DNA of 64,000 bases from an uncultured bacterium (GTDB taxonomy: Bacteria > Hydrothermota > Hydrothermia > UBA1063 > CAJXJZ01): contig CAJXJZ010000003.1 of assembly GCA_913055745.1 (NCBI GenBank), forward strand, positions 6,664 through 70,663. The letters are read 5' to 3'. This document shows, in pieces, positions 26,988 through 36,344 of this stretch; the first letter of the stretch is position 1, and each line of letters begins with the position of its first letter. Under the pieces are notes generated by a model that saw only the letters and a program-made list of their open reading frames with translations, was not told the DNA's origin and did not search any database. A program made the position numbers and the translations under genes.

Positions 26988-27004
26988 TTTGGGTGTGTTA
27001 TAAT
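26976..27004 (+). promoter_or_regulatory. Extended -10 sigma70 promoter for TPR-argF operon
   Basis: TTGTTT-17-TATAAT with TGn extension (TGTTATAAT 26996-27004). Confidence 0.6.
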
Positions 27005-27027
27005 ATGTGCCAAAAGGAGGTATTGTC

Positions 27028-28110
27028 TTGAAAAGGATTTTTGGTATAGGGATAATAGCAATGATAGCTGCAGGATGTGCAAGTACACCGCATAAAACAA
27101 GCGTAAAAATATACATACAGCAGAGAAACTGGGCAAAGGCCTTGAATGAGGGTAAGGCCTGGGTAAAAGAATCTCCCAATGACCCTGAGGCTTATTATTG
27201 GGTTGCCATGGCATATACTGGAATGCAAAAATATATAGAGGCAGCGGATAATCTTATAAAGGCAATAGATTTAGATACACAAGGCACACTTAAAGATAAG
27301 ATAGGAGAAAATGAGGTAAATATCCTGCTTACCGCAGGGAAAAATACATACAACCAGGATAAAGACAAGGCCTTAAAGTACTTTGAATATGCCTTAAAAC
27401 TTTCACCAAACAATAAGGCAGCCCTTTTATCTGTATCCACTATATACTTACAGGAAGGCAAATTTGATACGGCAGAGGTTTATGTTAACAAAGCAAGAGA
27501 CATTGCTCCAAAGAATCCTTTGGTGTATATCTATCTTGCCAATATATATGATTCCCTTGCAACCAGGAATAAGGATAAAAAGCCTGAATACCTATCAAAG
27601 GCAGAGGAAAATCTTAAAAAGGCCACAGAACTTAAACCAAGCAAAGATAATTATGCCAAACTGGCAACCTTCTATTTCAATAATGCCAAGGAGAACAAGG
27701 ATTATCCAAAACTTGCAGAAGAGTATTATAAGAAGGCATTGGAAAAGGACTCAACAGATGTCAATATTTTATTTAATTATGGCTTATCTGCATTTAACAA
27801 CAAACACTATGATGTAGCCATTTCAGCATTTTCTAAGTATCTTGATGAGCAGCCAGAAGACGAGGCAGCATTACAGAACTTAGGCCTCGCATCTTACCTG
27901 TATGCACAGAAATTAGAAAACAAAAAAATGAAACAAGAGGCGATGGACTATTACAGAAAGGCAAAAGATGCCTATGAAAAACTCACTAAACTCAATCCAG
28001 AAAATGGAAATTATTATGAGATGCTCTATATATTCTACGCAAAACTTGGAGATAAACAGAAGGCAAAAGAGGCTATGAAAAAGTATCAGGAACTTAAAGG
28101 AAAAAATTAA
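27028..28110 (+). CDS. TPR-repeat lipoprotein
   Basis: Lipobox IAAG-C, multiple TPR repeats; TTG start 27028 after AAGGAGG SD. Confidence 0.8.
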   Translation: MKRIFGIGIIAMIAAGCASTPHKTSVKIYIQQRNWAKALNEGKAWVKESPNDPEAYYWVAMAYTGMQKYIEAADNLIKAIDLDTQGTLKDKIGENEVNILLTAGKNTYNQDKDKALKYFEYALKLSPNNKAALLSVSTIYLQEGKFDTAEVYVNKARDIAPKNPLVYIYLANIYDSLATRNKDKKPEYLSKAEENLKKATELKPSKDNYAKLATFYFNNAKENKDYPKLAEEYYKKALEKDSTDVNILFNYGLSAFNNKHYDVAISAFSKYLDEQPEDEAALQNLGLASYLYAQKLENKKMKQEAMDYYRKAKDAYEKLTKLNPENGNYYEMLYIFYAKLGDKQKAKEAMKKYQELKGKN

Positions 28111-28120
28111 GGAGGCTACT

Positions 28121-29017
28121 ATGAAAAAGGATTTTCTCTCTATATACGATTTGACACCAGAAGAATTTAAGGAACTTATTGAGATTTCTATCAAGTTTAA
28201 GAAAGGTGAAATAAAGGAAAAGCCCTTAGAGGGTAAAATGATACCCCTGGTTTTCCAGAAACCTTCTCTTAGAACAAGGGTCACTTTTGAAAGAGCCATA
28301 TACGACCTTGGAGGAAAAGGTGTATATCTTTCTCCACAAGATATTCAACTTGGGAAAAGGGAACAGGTAAAAGATGTAGCAAAGAACCTTGACAACTGGA
28401 CAGATGGTATAGTAGCGAGGGTTTTTTACCATGGTACCTTAATTGAACTTGCAACGTACTCAAAGCACCCAGTGATAAATGCCCTCTCAGACCTTGAGCA
28501 CCCATGTCAAATACTCGCTGACTATATGACTATGTACGAAATAAGTGGTAAATACAGTCTCAACCTTACTTACATTGGTGATGGGAACAATGTGGCAAAT
28601 TCATTACTTGCCGCTACAGCCTTACTTGGCGGTAAGTTCACCATTGCAACCCCTCATGAATATGAACCAAATGGATACATCGTGCAGAAAGCTCTTGAAC
28701 TCGGTGTTAAATTTGAGATAAAACGCAATCCAAAAGAAGCAGTCAAAGATGCTGATTTCATCTATACGGATGTTTGGGCTTCCATGGGACAGGAAGCAGA
28801 AAGAGAAAAGAGGTTAAAACTATTTAAACCCTATCAAGTAAACGCTGAACTTATGAAATACGCCCCTCAACACGCAAAGGTCCTGCACTGCCTGCCTGCA
28901 CATAGAGGTGAAGAGATAACAGATGAGGTATTAGACGGTCCAAGGTCAGTTGTTTTGCAGGAATCTGAAAACAGGCTCCACACAGAAAAAGCCCTGCTCT
29001 ACAAATTATTTACTTAG
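28121..29017 (+). CDS. argF: Ornithine carbamoyltransferase
   Basis: KPSLRTR, HPCQ, GDGNNVA, TDVWASMG, HCLPAHRG. Confidence 0.92.
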   Translation: MKKDFLSIYDLTPEEFKELIEISIKFKKGEIKEKPLEGKMIPLVFQKPSLRTRVTFERAIYDLGGKGVYLSPQDIQLGKREQVKDVAKNLDNWTDGIVARVFYHGTLIELATYSKHPVINALSDLEHPCQILADYMTMYEISGKYSLNLTYIGDGNNVANSLLAATALLGGKFTIATPHEYEPNGYIVQKALELGVKFEIKRNPKEAVKDADFIYTDVWASMGQEAEREKRLKLFKPYQVNAELMKYAPQHAKVLHCLPAHRGEEITDEVLDGPRSVVLQESENRLHTEKALLYKLFT

Positions 29018-29620
29018 GAATTTAACCTTTATGTCTGATAGGCAGGTAGAGCCATCCTGTGCATAGTCATGGATGGAGTCTACCTGCCAATATTCAAGAT
29101 TTTTAACACCAATAATATCCAAAAAACCTTTTGCTGTATCTATCTCCCCAGATGATAATATAAAAGAGACAAAATATGAGACTTTAGCGAACTGCGTATC
29201 TCTTGATGTTGTATCTAAGACTACAATATTGTATTCATCAAAAAACACAGGATAACTTTCTCCTCTTGCAAGGGCAAGAAATAGGTTTTGCATATCTCTT
29301 TTCTCTGTCTCCTTGCCCCACTTGCCATAAAGTTCCAAATTTGTGTAATAAATGCGATCACATACCCTGAAATTAAAACTATCACTAAGAAGCGCTCCAT
29401 ATTGATTTATATTTCGAGATACAATACTCTCTTTGTAACTCTGTACAAGTTCTATAAAGGAGCGGGGCATACCAATAATGTTTTCTCCATCTGTATCTGG
29501 GGTCCTTAGTGAAAAGAGATTACAGCCTACGAATAATAGAAAAATTAATAAAACTAATACAACAGCTAAAGTATGAATACTACGGGAGACTCTCCATTTA
29601 TAGAGTCTCCCTTTACGCAT
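29006..29620 (-). CDS. Hypothetical lipoprotein
   Basis: Hydrophobic stretch ending in lipobox FVG-C; directly downstream of hup; no recognised domain. Confidence 0.6.
   Translation of the reverse strand: MRKGRLYKWRVSRSIHTLAVVLVLLIFLLFVGCNLFSLRTPDTDGENIIGMPRSFIELVQSYKESIVSRNINQYGALLSDSFNFRVCDRIYYTNLELYGKWGKETEKRDMQNLFLALARGESYPVFFDEYNIVVLDTTSRDTQFAKVSYFVSFILSSGEIDTAKGFLDIIGVKNLEYWQVDSIHDYAQDGSTCLSDIKVKFLSK
29584..29611. repeat. 10-bp perfect hairpin just after hup stop
   Basis: GGGAGACTCT-ccatttat-AGAGTCTCCC; no clear U-tract on the minus strand. Confidence 0.65.
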
Positions 29621-29635
29621 AGTTAATATACGCTG

Positions 29636-29911
29636 TTACTTATTCACTATTTCTTTCAAGGCATTTGCAGGTCTGAAGACAACAGCAGATCTTTCAGGTA
29701 TTTCAATTTCATCACCTGTTCTGGGATTTCTGCCTTTTCTTGCAGCTCTTTCCTTCACATCAAATGTGCCAAAACCTATTAGTCTTACTGCTTCTTTTCT
29801 ACTGAGCGAGTCTTTGATGGCTTCCAGCATAGCGAACACTGCCATGGACGCATCCTTCTTTGTGAGACCTGCCCTTTGGGCTACCTCAGCAATTAATTCT
29901 TGCTTATTCAT
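29636..29911 (-). CDS. hup: DNA-binding protein HU
   Basis: MNKQELI, LIGFGTF, ARKGRNPRTG, FRP...LK. Confidence 0.93.
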   Translation of the reverse strand: MNKQELIAEVAQRAGLTKKDASMAVFAMLEAIKDSLSRKEAVRLIGFGTFDVKERAARKGRNPRTGDEIEIPERSAVVFRPANALKEIVNK

Positions 29912-29944
29912 ACTTCATCCTCCTTTTTGTTCTGAAGTAACATA

Positions 29945-29973
29945 TTTTTAAAGCATAAGTCACATTTTGTCAA
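29945..29973 (-). promoter_or_regulatory. sigma70 promoter for hup
   Basis: TTGACA-17-TAAAAA; perfect -35, imperfect -10. Confidence 0.45.
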
Positions 29974-30037
29974 GTATTTTGTCTTATTATTCCTTGTATA
30001 GCAGTATCTTTTGCATAAAACCCTATCAATCAACGAC

Positions 30038-31948
30038 TTAAACATCCAGATTTTGCACATTCTTTGCATTTCTTTCTATGAATTCTCTCCTGGGTTCTAC
30101 CTTATCACCCATTAAAATAGAAAATAATCTGTCTGCTTCAGCAGCATCCTCCACTGTTACCCTTTTTAATACCCTATTTTCTGGATTCATGGTAGTTTCC
30201 CATAGTTGCTCAGGATTCATTTCTCCAAGACCTTTATAGCGCTGAATATGTGAAACATCTCCAAGTTCTCCTATTTTTCTTTTTAACTCATCATCAGAAT
30301 ATACGTAGTAAACTCTTTTGCCTTTCTGTATCCTGTAAAGAGGCGGTTGTGCAATATATATATAACCGGCCTCAACAAGAGGTTTCATGAACCTATAGAA
30401 AAAAGTGAGTAAAAGGGTTCTTATATGCGCACCATCAACATCAGCATCTGTCATAATGATAATTTTATGATACCTTGCCTTTCGGGGATCACACTCATCT
30501 TTTAAGCCTGCATCAATTGCAGAAAGTAGGACCTTTATCTCTTCGTTGGAAAGTGCTTTATTGATAGCAGATTTTTCAACATTTAAAATCTTTCCTCTTA
30601 GTGGAAGAACTGCCTGAAAATACCTATCTCGCCCCTGCTTTGCAGAGCCTCCAGCAGATTCACCCTCAACTATAAATATTTCAGTCTCTTCTGGATTTCG
30701 GGAAGTACAATCCGATAATTTACCTGGGAGGGAATCTGTTTCAATAAAACTCTTTCTTCTAATGAGTTCTCTTGCCCTCTTTGCCGCTTCCCTTGACCTT
30801 GCAGCTGTTTTGGCTTTTTGTATTATCTTTTCTGCTTCCTTGGGGTTCTCTTCAAGCCATCTTGTAAAGTATTCATAAAAAGCGGACTCAACAAGCCCTT
30901 TTATATATCCATTGCCCAATTTCGTCTTGGTTTGTCCCTCAAACTGTGGATGAGGGAGTTTCACATGAATAACTGCTGTAAGGCCCTCTCTTGTATCATC
31001 ACCTTGGAAGGAAAAATTGCCTTTCACAAGATTATATCTTTTCGCTATATCGTTTATTGCCCGGGTAAGACCGCTCTTAAATCCAATAAGATGCGTGCCC
31101 CCTTCATGCGTATTGATAGTATTCACAAAACTCAGTATGGTCTCAACATATCCCGCATTATAAGAAAGTGAGATTTCTACTTCAGTGTCACCCTTCTTAG
31201 TTCTCATGTAAAAGGGGCCGGCTATGCGATCTTTTGCTTCATCAAGAAAGTTTACGAACTCCACAAGCCCACCTTCATAGTAAAATTCATCCCTACGCCC
31301 CGTGTTCCTATCCTCTAGACGAAACCTAAGTCCACCTATTAAAAGCGCTATTTCTCTAATCCTGTCCTTTAATACATCATAATCAAAGGAAGTCACCTTA
31401 AATATTTTTGCATCTGGTTTAAAGGTTACTCTTGTGCCAGTTTTATCAGTATTACCCACAACCTCCAATGGTGAGAGGACATCGCCCCTTGAATATCTCT
31501 GCCTGTAGATCTTGCCATCCCTCATAACTTCAACTACAAGCCACTCTGAAAGAGCATTAACCACTGAAGCACCAACACCATGTAATCCACCTGAGATTTG
31601 ATATGCCTTTGAGCCGAACTTGCCACCTGCATGAAGCACAGTAAATACCACCTGTACTGCAGGTATACCCTTTTCAGGGTGTATATCAACAGGGATCCCT
31701 CTTCCATTATCTTCTATTGTAACGCTGCCATCTGGGTTGAGTGTTATACTAATCTCAGAACAGTACCCCGCAAGAGCCTCATCCACTGCATTATCAACGA
31801 TCTCATAGATAAGGTGATGGAGTCCTCTTTTGCCCACATCACCAATATACATTGCAGGTCTTAATCTAACCCCTTCAAGCCCCTTTAGTACCTTTATATC
31901 TGAAGCAGTATAACTTCTTTTGTTTTCTTTCTTTTCTTCCTCCATCAT
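30038..31948 (-). CDS. gyrB: DNA gyrase subunit B (short form)
   Basis: RPAMYIG, EIVDNAVDE, DNGRGIP, GGLHGVGASVVNALS, EGESAGG, PLRGK, DADVDG, RYKGLGEM. Confidence 0.95.
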   Translation of the reverse strand: MMEEEKKENKRSYTASDIKVLKGLEGVRLRPAMYIGDVGKRGLHHLIYEIVDNAVDEALAGYCSEISITLNPDGSVTIEDNGRGIPVDIHPEKGIPAVQVVFTVLHAGGKFGSKAYQISGGLHGVGASVVNALSEWLVVEVMRDGKIYRQRYSRGDVLSPLEVVGNTDKTGTRVTFKPDAKIFKVTSFDYDVLKDRIREIALLIGGLRFRLEDRNTGRRDEFYYEGGLVEFVNFLDEAKDRIAGPFYMRTKKGDTEVEISLSYNAGYVETILSFVNTINTHEGGTHLIGFKSGLTRAINDIAKRYNLVKGNFSFQGDDTREGLTAVIHVKLPHPQFEGQTKTKLGNGYIKGLVESAFYEYFTRWLEENPKEAEKIIQKAKTAARSREAAKRARELIRRKSFIETDSLPGKLSDCTSRNPEETEIFIVEGESAGGSAKQGRDRYFQAVLPLRGKILNVEKSAINKALSNEEIKVLLSAIDAGLKDECDPRKARYHKIIIMTDADVDGAHIRTLLLTFFYRFMKPLVEAGYIYIAQPPLYRIQKGKRVYYVYSDDELKRKIGELGDVSHIQRYKGLGEMNPEQLWETTMNPENRVLKRVTVEDAAEADRLFSILMGDKVEPRREFIERNAKNVQNLDV

Positions 31949-32238
31949 ATCCTCCCAGTAAACCTTATTTTATACTCAAAATTTTTGAATTCTTTTTTTA
32001 AATACTCCACAAGTTCATAGGACATAAGTGACATCTCATGTCTTATATAAGTGTTTTTTACTCGTATATAAATGTATTTTCTTTTAATATCCACATCAAA
32101 CTCTCCCCCACTTATGCCTCTTTTTAAAAAAAACTCCTTAATACGTTGAGAGAGTTCTATTTTAATTGCCTTCTCCCCTAATACTTTCTTTAATACCTTA
32201 TTAATTGTTTCTTTAAACTCTTCCATACTCTTTTTCAA
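31945..32238 (-). CDS. DUF721/DciA-like protein
   Basis: 97 aa ORF in the canonical position between recF and gyrB; weak motif support. Confidence 0.55.
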   Translation of the reverse strand: MKKSMEEFKETINKVLKKVLGEKAIKIELSQRIKEFFLKRGISGGEFDVDIKRKYIYIRVKNTYIRHEMSLMSYELVEYLKKEFKNFEYKIRFTGRI

Positions 32239-33229
32239 GGTAGATATGAAAATGTTTTTTCCCTATTTCTCTTTGGGAGGTAAAAAAGTACATGACATTA
32301 CCCTTATCATTTTGGATGCTCTCAATTAACCTATTCGTCTTCTCATCGTCAAGGACTGAAAAGACTTCATCCATTAACATTAAGATGCCCTGCCCACTTT
32401 CTTCTGAAAATTCTTGAATAAACCTAAAAAATAGGACAAGCCACAAAAATTGTTTTTCTCCATGCGAGAGGTATGTTCTTGCATCAAGCCCTTCTAATTT
32501 TACAAAGATAGTATCAAAATTCGCTCCCTTCAGAGCCTTTCCTTCCTTTACTTCAAGGTCAAGTGCATTGTCAAGGTCATAAAAATCATATATGGATGGC
32601 TCTATATTAAATTCAATATTGTAAAAACCAAGTTTTTGGGCAAGACAGGATAACCTATTCAAAACTTTTCTCCTTCCTTTATGTATTATGGAGTATAGTT
32701 CAAACAACTTCTCATTTATAGCCCTCAAAGTTAACAGATCACCGAGTAAAATAGATTCCTTTTTATTTTTTGAAACTCTCTCGTACTTATAAAGTGCATT
32801 TCTAAAACCATTTATACTTAAAGAGGCAAGTTTGTCTACTACTTTTCTCTTATCAGAAAAAGAACCATCTATCAAATTTTCTCTGCCTATGGAATAAACA
32901 GGGATAAAGTATTTTTTTAAAATGCTCCTATTTGCATTTTCACCATTTAAAGATACCTTTTTGTTCCCAAAAGCATCAAGAAAAGTAAATAATTCCAATG
33001 ACCCTAAGTTAAAACTTATTTTAAAGTAATTAGAGTTTTTATTGATAAGTGTATATACATCCCTAACTCTAAAAGATGTACCATGAAATAAATAGAAAAT
33101 TGCTTCTAAAATGGATGTTTTTCCAGTTCCATTGCCTCCTTGAACTACTATTATCTTCTCACATGGGAAATCTACATAAAAATCTCTGAAATTCCTAAAA
33201 TTTTCAAGGGAGATTGAACATTTATACAT
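32213..33229 (-). CDS. recF: DNA replication/repair protein RecF (divergent)
   Basis: NFRN, GGNGTGKTSILEAI, LSHGEKQ, LMDEVFSVLD. Confidence 0.85.
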   Translation of the reverse strand: MYKCSISLENFRNFRDFYVDFPCEKIIVVQGGNGTGKTSILEAIFYLFHGTSFRVRDVYTLINKNSNYFKISFNLGSLELFTFLDAFGNKKVSLNGENANRSILKKYFIPVYSIGRENLIDGSFSDKRKVVDKLASLSINGFRNALYKYERVSKNKKESILLGDLLTLRAINEKLFELYSIIHKGRRKVLNRLSCLAQKLGFYNIEFNIEPSIYDFYDLDNALDLEVKEGKALKGANFDTIFVKLEGLDARTYLSHGEKQFLWLVLFFRFIQEFSEESGQGILMLMDEVFSVLDDEKTNRLIESIQNDKGNVMYFFTSQREIGKKHFHIYLEKEYGRV

Positions 33230-33235
33230 ATAATA

Positions 33236-33264
33236 ATTATAAAGCCCACCCCCCGTTTATTCAA
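33236..33264 (-). promoter_or_regulatory. sigma70 promoter, leaderless, for recF-dciA-gyrB
   Basis: TTGAAT-17-TATAAT-6-ATG. Confidence 0.65.
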
Positions 33265-33278
33265 TTAGAGGAATGGGC
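33241..33278 (-). terminator. Putative intrinsic terminator of the alpha operon
   Basis: GCCCAUUCCUC / GGGGGGUGGGC 11-bp stem with G-U pairs, 13-nt loop, followed by UUUAUAAUU, 30 nt after rplQ stop. Confidence 0.55.
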
Positions 33279-33308
33279 ATAAGATATTGACTTTCTGTAT
33301 GTTAAATA

Positions 33309-33743
33309 CTATTTAAGTCCAAAAAATTTTTTCTTCTTTTTCTTTTTATCTTCCTCTGACTTTTCTGATTCTTCTTTCTTTTCCGAAGGAAATGCTAAAA
33401 GTTCTAAGAGAGCCATCTGGGCATCATCACCCCGTCGGCGCCATAGTTTGTAAATACGGGTATATCCACCATTCCTATCCTTAAAAAGCGGTGATATCTC
33501 ATCAAATACCCGATTAACCATCTTCCTGTCAACAAGGAATCTAAACGCCTCCCTCCTCGCCGGAACTGTGCCTACTTTTCCAAGGGTTATCATCTTCTCT
33601 GCCCATCTTCTTGTTTCTTTAGCCTTTTGAAGTGTAGTTTTAATTTTACCATGTGTAAAAAGCGAGATAACCTGATTCCTAAGTAATGCCCTTCTATGTT
33701 CTGTATCTCTCCCTAATTTCTTAACCTTTTTAAGATGTCTCAT
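33309..33743 (-). CDS. rplQ: 50S ribosomal protein L17
   Basis: MRH....KLGR...HRRALLRN, R.GGYTRI. Confidence 0.97.
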   Translation of the reverse strand: MRHLKKVKKLGRDTEHRRALLRNQVISLFTHGKIKTTLQKAKETRRWAEKMITLGKVGTVPARREAFRFLVDRKMVNRVFDEISPLFKDRNGGYTRIYKLWRRRGDDAQMALLELLAFPSEKKEESEKSEEDKKKKKKKFFGLK

Positions 33744-34719
33744 TTTCAATCTCCTCCTCTTTTAAATACTTCGTAATATCCAGTCCAAGTGAATAGTTAA
33801 ATCTGGAAAGTTTCTCCTTTATCTCCTCTAAGGATTTATTGCCAAAGTTTTTGAGACTTAGCAACTCGTCTTCATTTTTTGATACAAGTTGATAAATTTT
33901 ATTTATCCCTGCATCCCTAAGACAGTTCAGCGTGCGTCTGGATAACTCAAGTGTGGCTATATCATTGAGTATGAAATTCCTAATCCTTTCTCTCTCTTCA
34001 AACCTGATACCCTCTTCTTCACTCTCTTCCTTCTCAACTGGTTGAGATATCTTCTCACAATGGTCTAACAAAATCTTTGAAGACTCCTTTATTGCATTAA
34101 ATGGCGTAATTGAACCATCTGTCCAAATTTCAAGGATGAGTTTTTCGTAATCTGTTCTTGAACCGACACGCATATTTTCTACGGTATAGTTGACTTTTTG
34201 AACTGGGCTATAAATTGCATCCATAAGAATGAATCCTTCGGGTAAATCTACCCTTAAATCCTCACTTGGCACAAATCCCCTACCTCTATTGGCCCTTATC
34301 TCCATCTCTAATACCGTATCCGTAGTGATAGTACATATTAGATGGTCGGGATTCATCACACTCACAAATTCTGGTAAATCTAAATCACTTGCCCTCACCT
34401 CTTTTGGACCCTGAATTTTTAGTCGTATTATTGCCTCCTCAGGGGCACCATCATCAAATTTGAGCCTTATCCTCTTTAAGTTTAATACAATCAGTGGAAC
34501 ATCTTCAATAACACCTTTTATAGTAGAAAACTCGTGAAGCACACCCTCTATTTTTACCGCATATATTGCCTGACCTCGTATTGAAGAGAGCAATACTCTC
34601 CTCATACTGTTGCCAACGGTAATTCCAAACCCCCTCTCTAAGGGTGCAAATACATACTTTCCATAAGATTCCGACTCTTCTAAAACTTCTATGCCTTTTG
34701 GTATAATTAGATCCTTCAT
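33730..34719 (-). CDS. rpoA: RNA polymerase alpha subunit
   Basis: PLERGFG.T.GN.MRRVLLSS, GVLHEFSTI.GV.ED, NFG.KSLEEI. Confidence 0.98.
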   Translation of the reverse strand: MKDLIIPKGIEVLEESESYGKYVFAPLERGFGITVGNSMRRVLLSSIRGQAIYAVKIEGVLHEFSTIKGVIEDVPLIVLNLKRIRLKFDDGAPEEAIIRLKIQGPKEVRASDLDLPEFVSVMNPDHLICTITTDTVLEMEIRANRGRGFVPSEDLRVDLPEGFILMDAIYSPVQKVNYTVENMRVGSRTDYEKLILEIWTDGSITPFNAIKESSKILLDHCEKISQPVEKEESEEEGIRFEERERIRNFILNDIATLELSRRTLNCLRDAGINKIYQLVSKNEDELLSLKNFGNKSLEEIKEKLSRFNYSLGLDITKYLKEEEIENETS

Positions 34720-34728
34720 AACCTTTTC

Positions 34729-35358
34729 CTACTTGGAGTATAACTCAATAATTAATGTCTCATTAACAGGATAGGTAATATCTGTTCTAATTGGATTCCT
34801 AACGACTTTGCCCTCCATCTTATTCTTGTCAATGGTAAGCCATGTAGGTACGGCAGAAACATCCAACGATTCAATATTTTCTTGAATGAACGGGATCTTC
34901 TTAGCTTTATCCCTTATTGTAATGATATCTCCTGGCTTTACAAGGTAAGAAGGAATACTAACCCTTTTGCCATTAACTTCAACATGCCCATGATTTACAA
35001 GTTGTCGTGCCTGAGATCTGCTGGATGCTAATCCAAGCCTGAACACGACATTATCCAATCTCCGTTCAAGTAAGGAAAGAAGATTTTCACCTGTATTGCC
35101 CGGCATTTTTCTCGCCCATTCAAAAAACTTCCTGAACTGTGTCTCTAAGACCCCGTAAATTCTCTTTACTTTCTGTTTTTCACGTAATTGTAGTCCATAA
35201 ATAGAGAGCTTCTTTCTCCTGCGAGAGCCATGGGCACCAGGTGGATATCTCTTATTCCCATCTAAAGGACACTTTGTAAAACATCTCTCCCCTTTAAGAA
35301 AGAGTTTTTCTCCTTCCCTTCTGCATAATCTGCATTTAGGACCTGTATAACGTGCCAT
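34729..35358 (-). CDS. rpsD: 30S ribosomal protein S4
   Basis: [25 protein letters not shown]. Confidence 0.98.
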   Translation of the reverse strand: MARYTGPKCRLCRREGEKLFLKGERCFTKCPLDGNKRYPPGAHGSRRRKKLSIYGLQLREKQKVKRIYGVLETQFRKFFEWARKMPGNTGENLLSLLERRLDNVVFRLGLASSRSQARQLVNHGHVEVNGKRVSIPSYLVKPGDIITIRDKAKKIPFIQENIESLDVSAVPTWLTIDKNKMEGKVVRNPIRTDITYPVNETLIIELYSK

Positions 35359-35360
35359 AT

Positions 35361-35765
35361 TTAGACTCTCCTCCTTTTAGGTGGCCTGCAACCATTATGA
35401 GGTATTGGAGTAACATCTTTAATAGCATAAACTTCCAGTCCTGCAGCCTGAATGGATCTAATTGCTGATTCTCTACCAGGCCCTGGTCCTTTAACCCAGA
35501 CCTCCACCTTGCGAACACCAAGGGACTTCGCTTCTTTTGCAGCCCTCTCAGCCGCCTTCATTGCAGCAAAAGGGGTACCTTTTCTCGTACCAGAAAACCC
35601 CACAGAGCCACCACTCGCCCAAGATATGGCATTACCCTTTAAATCAGTTATAGTGACTATGGTGTTATTAAATGTTGACTGAATGTGAGCTATTCCAACA
35701 GGCTCTATACCTTTTGCCTTCTTTTTCTTTCTCTTCAAGGTCTCAGAACTTGTTCTTCGGGCCAT
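35361..35765 (-). CDS. rpsK: 30S ribosomal protein S11
   Basis: [31 protein letters not shown]. Confidence 0.98.
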   Translation of the reverse strand: MARRTSSETLKRKKKKAKGIEPVGIAHIQSTFNNTIVTITDLKGNAISWASGGSVGFSGTRKGTPFAAMKAAERAAKEAKSLGVRKVEVWVKGPGPGRESAIRSIQAAGLEVYAIKDVTPIPHNGCRPPKRRRV

Positions 35766-35768
35766 TAA

Positions 35769-36143
35769 TTACCTCCCCTTTTTACTTTTTTTAAGCATGT
35801 TACCCCGAGGTCCTTTTCTCGTCCTTGCATTGGTCTTTGTTCTCTGCCCGCGAACAGGAAGACCCATTTTATGTCTCAGTCCTCTATAGCATCCAATATC
35901 AATAAGCCTTTTAATGTTTCTTGCAATCTCTGCCCTCAATGCTCCCTCTACTTTATACTTATCTACCTCTTCTCTCAATTTTGCAACCTCTTCAGCGGTA
36001 AGATTCTTCACTCTTGTGTCTGGATTAACACCAGTTGCAGAAAGTATCTTACGTGAAGTAGAAAGTCCTATCCCAAAAATATATGTAAGAGCAACTTCAA
36101 TCCTCTTATTCTTTGGAAGATCAACTCCTGCAATTCTCGCCAT
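35769..36143 (-). CDS. rpsM: 30S ribosomal protein S13
   Basis: [34 protein letters not shown]. Confidence 0.98.
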   Translation of the reverse strand: MARIAGVDLPKNKRIEVALTYIFGIGLSTSRKILSATGVNPDTRVKNLTAEEVAKLREEVDKYKVEGALRAEIARNIKRLIDIGCYRGLRHKMGLPVRGQRTKTNARTRKGPRGNMLKKSKKGR

Positions 36144-36153
36144 AGATTACCTC

Positions 36154-36267
36154 CTATCCCTGCCTTTGCTTGTGTTTGGGGTTTTCACAAATCACCCAAA
36201 CTCTTCCCTTCCTTCTAATTACTTTACACTTATTACATATCTTCTTTACCGATGACCTAACTTTCAT
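36154..36267 (-). CDS. rpmJ: 50S ribosomal protein L36 (Zn-binding C+ form)
   Basis: Not in ORF track. My translation: [37 protein letters not shown]. Confidence 0.97.
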   Translation of the reverse strand: MKVRSSVKKICNKCKVIRRKGRVWVICENPKHKQRQG

Positions 36268-36306
36268 AAAAATAATACCCTCCTCTTTCTCTGTATAAGT
36301 CCTTAT

Positions 36307-36335
36307 ATTTTATAGCACAACTTATAGCGTGTCAA
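36307..36335 (-). promoter_or_regulatory. sigma70 promoter for rpmJ-alpha operon
   Basis: TTGACA-17-TAAAAT. Confidence 0.7.
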
Positions 36336-36344
36336 ACCCAACAC

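Noticed and set aside
33287-33315. Plus-strand TTGACT-17-TATTTA antisense to rplQ
   Set aside because: The -10 lacks the conserved final T and the region is AT-rich; insufficient support.
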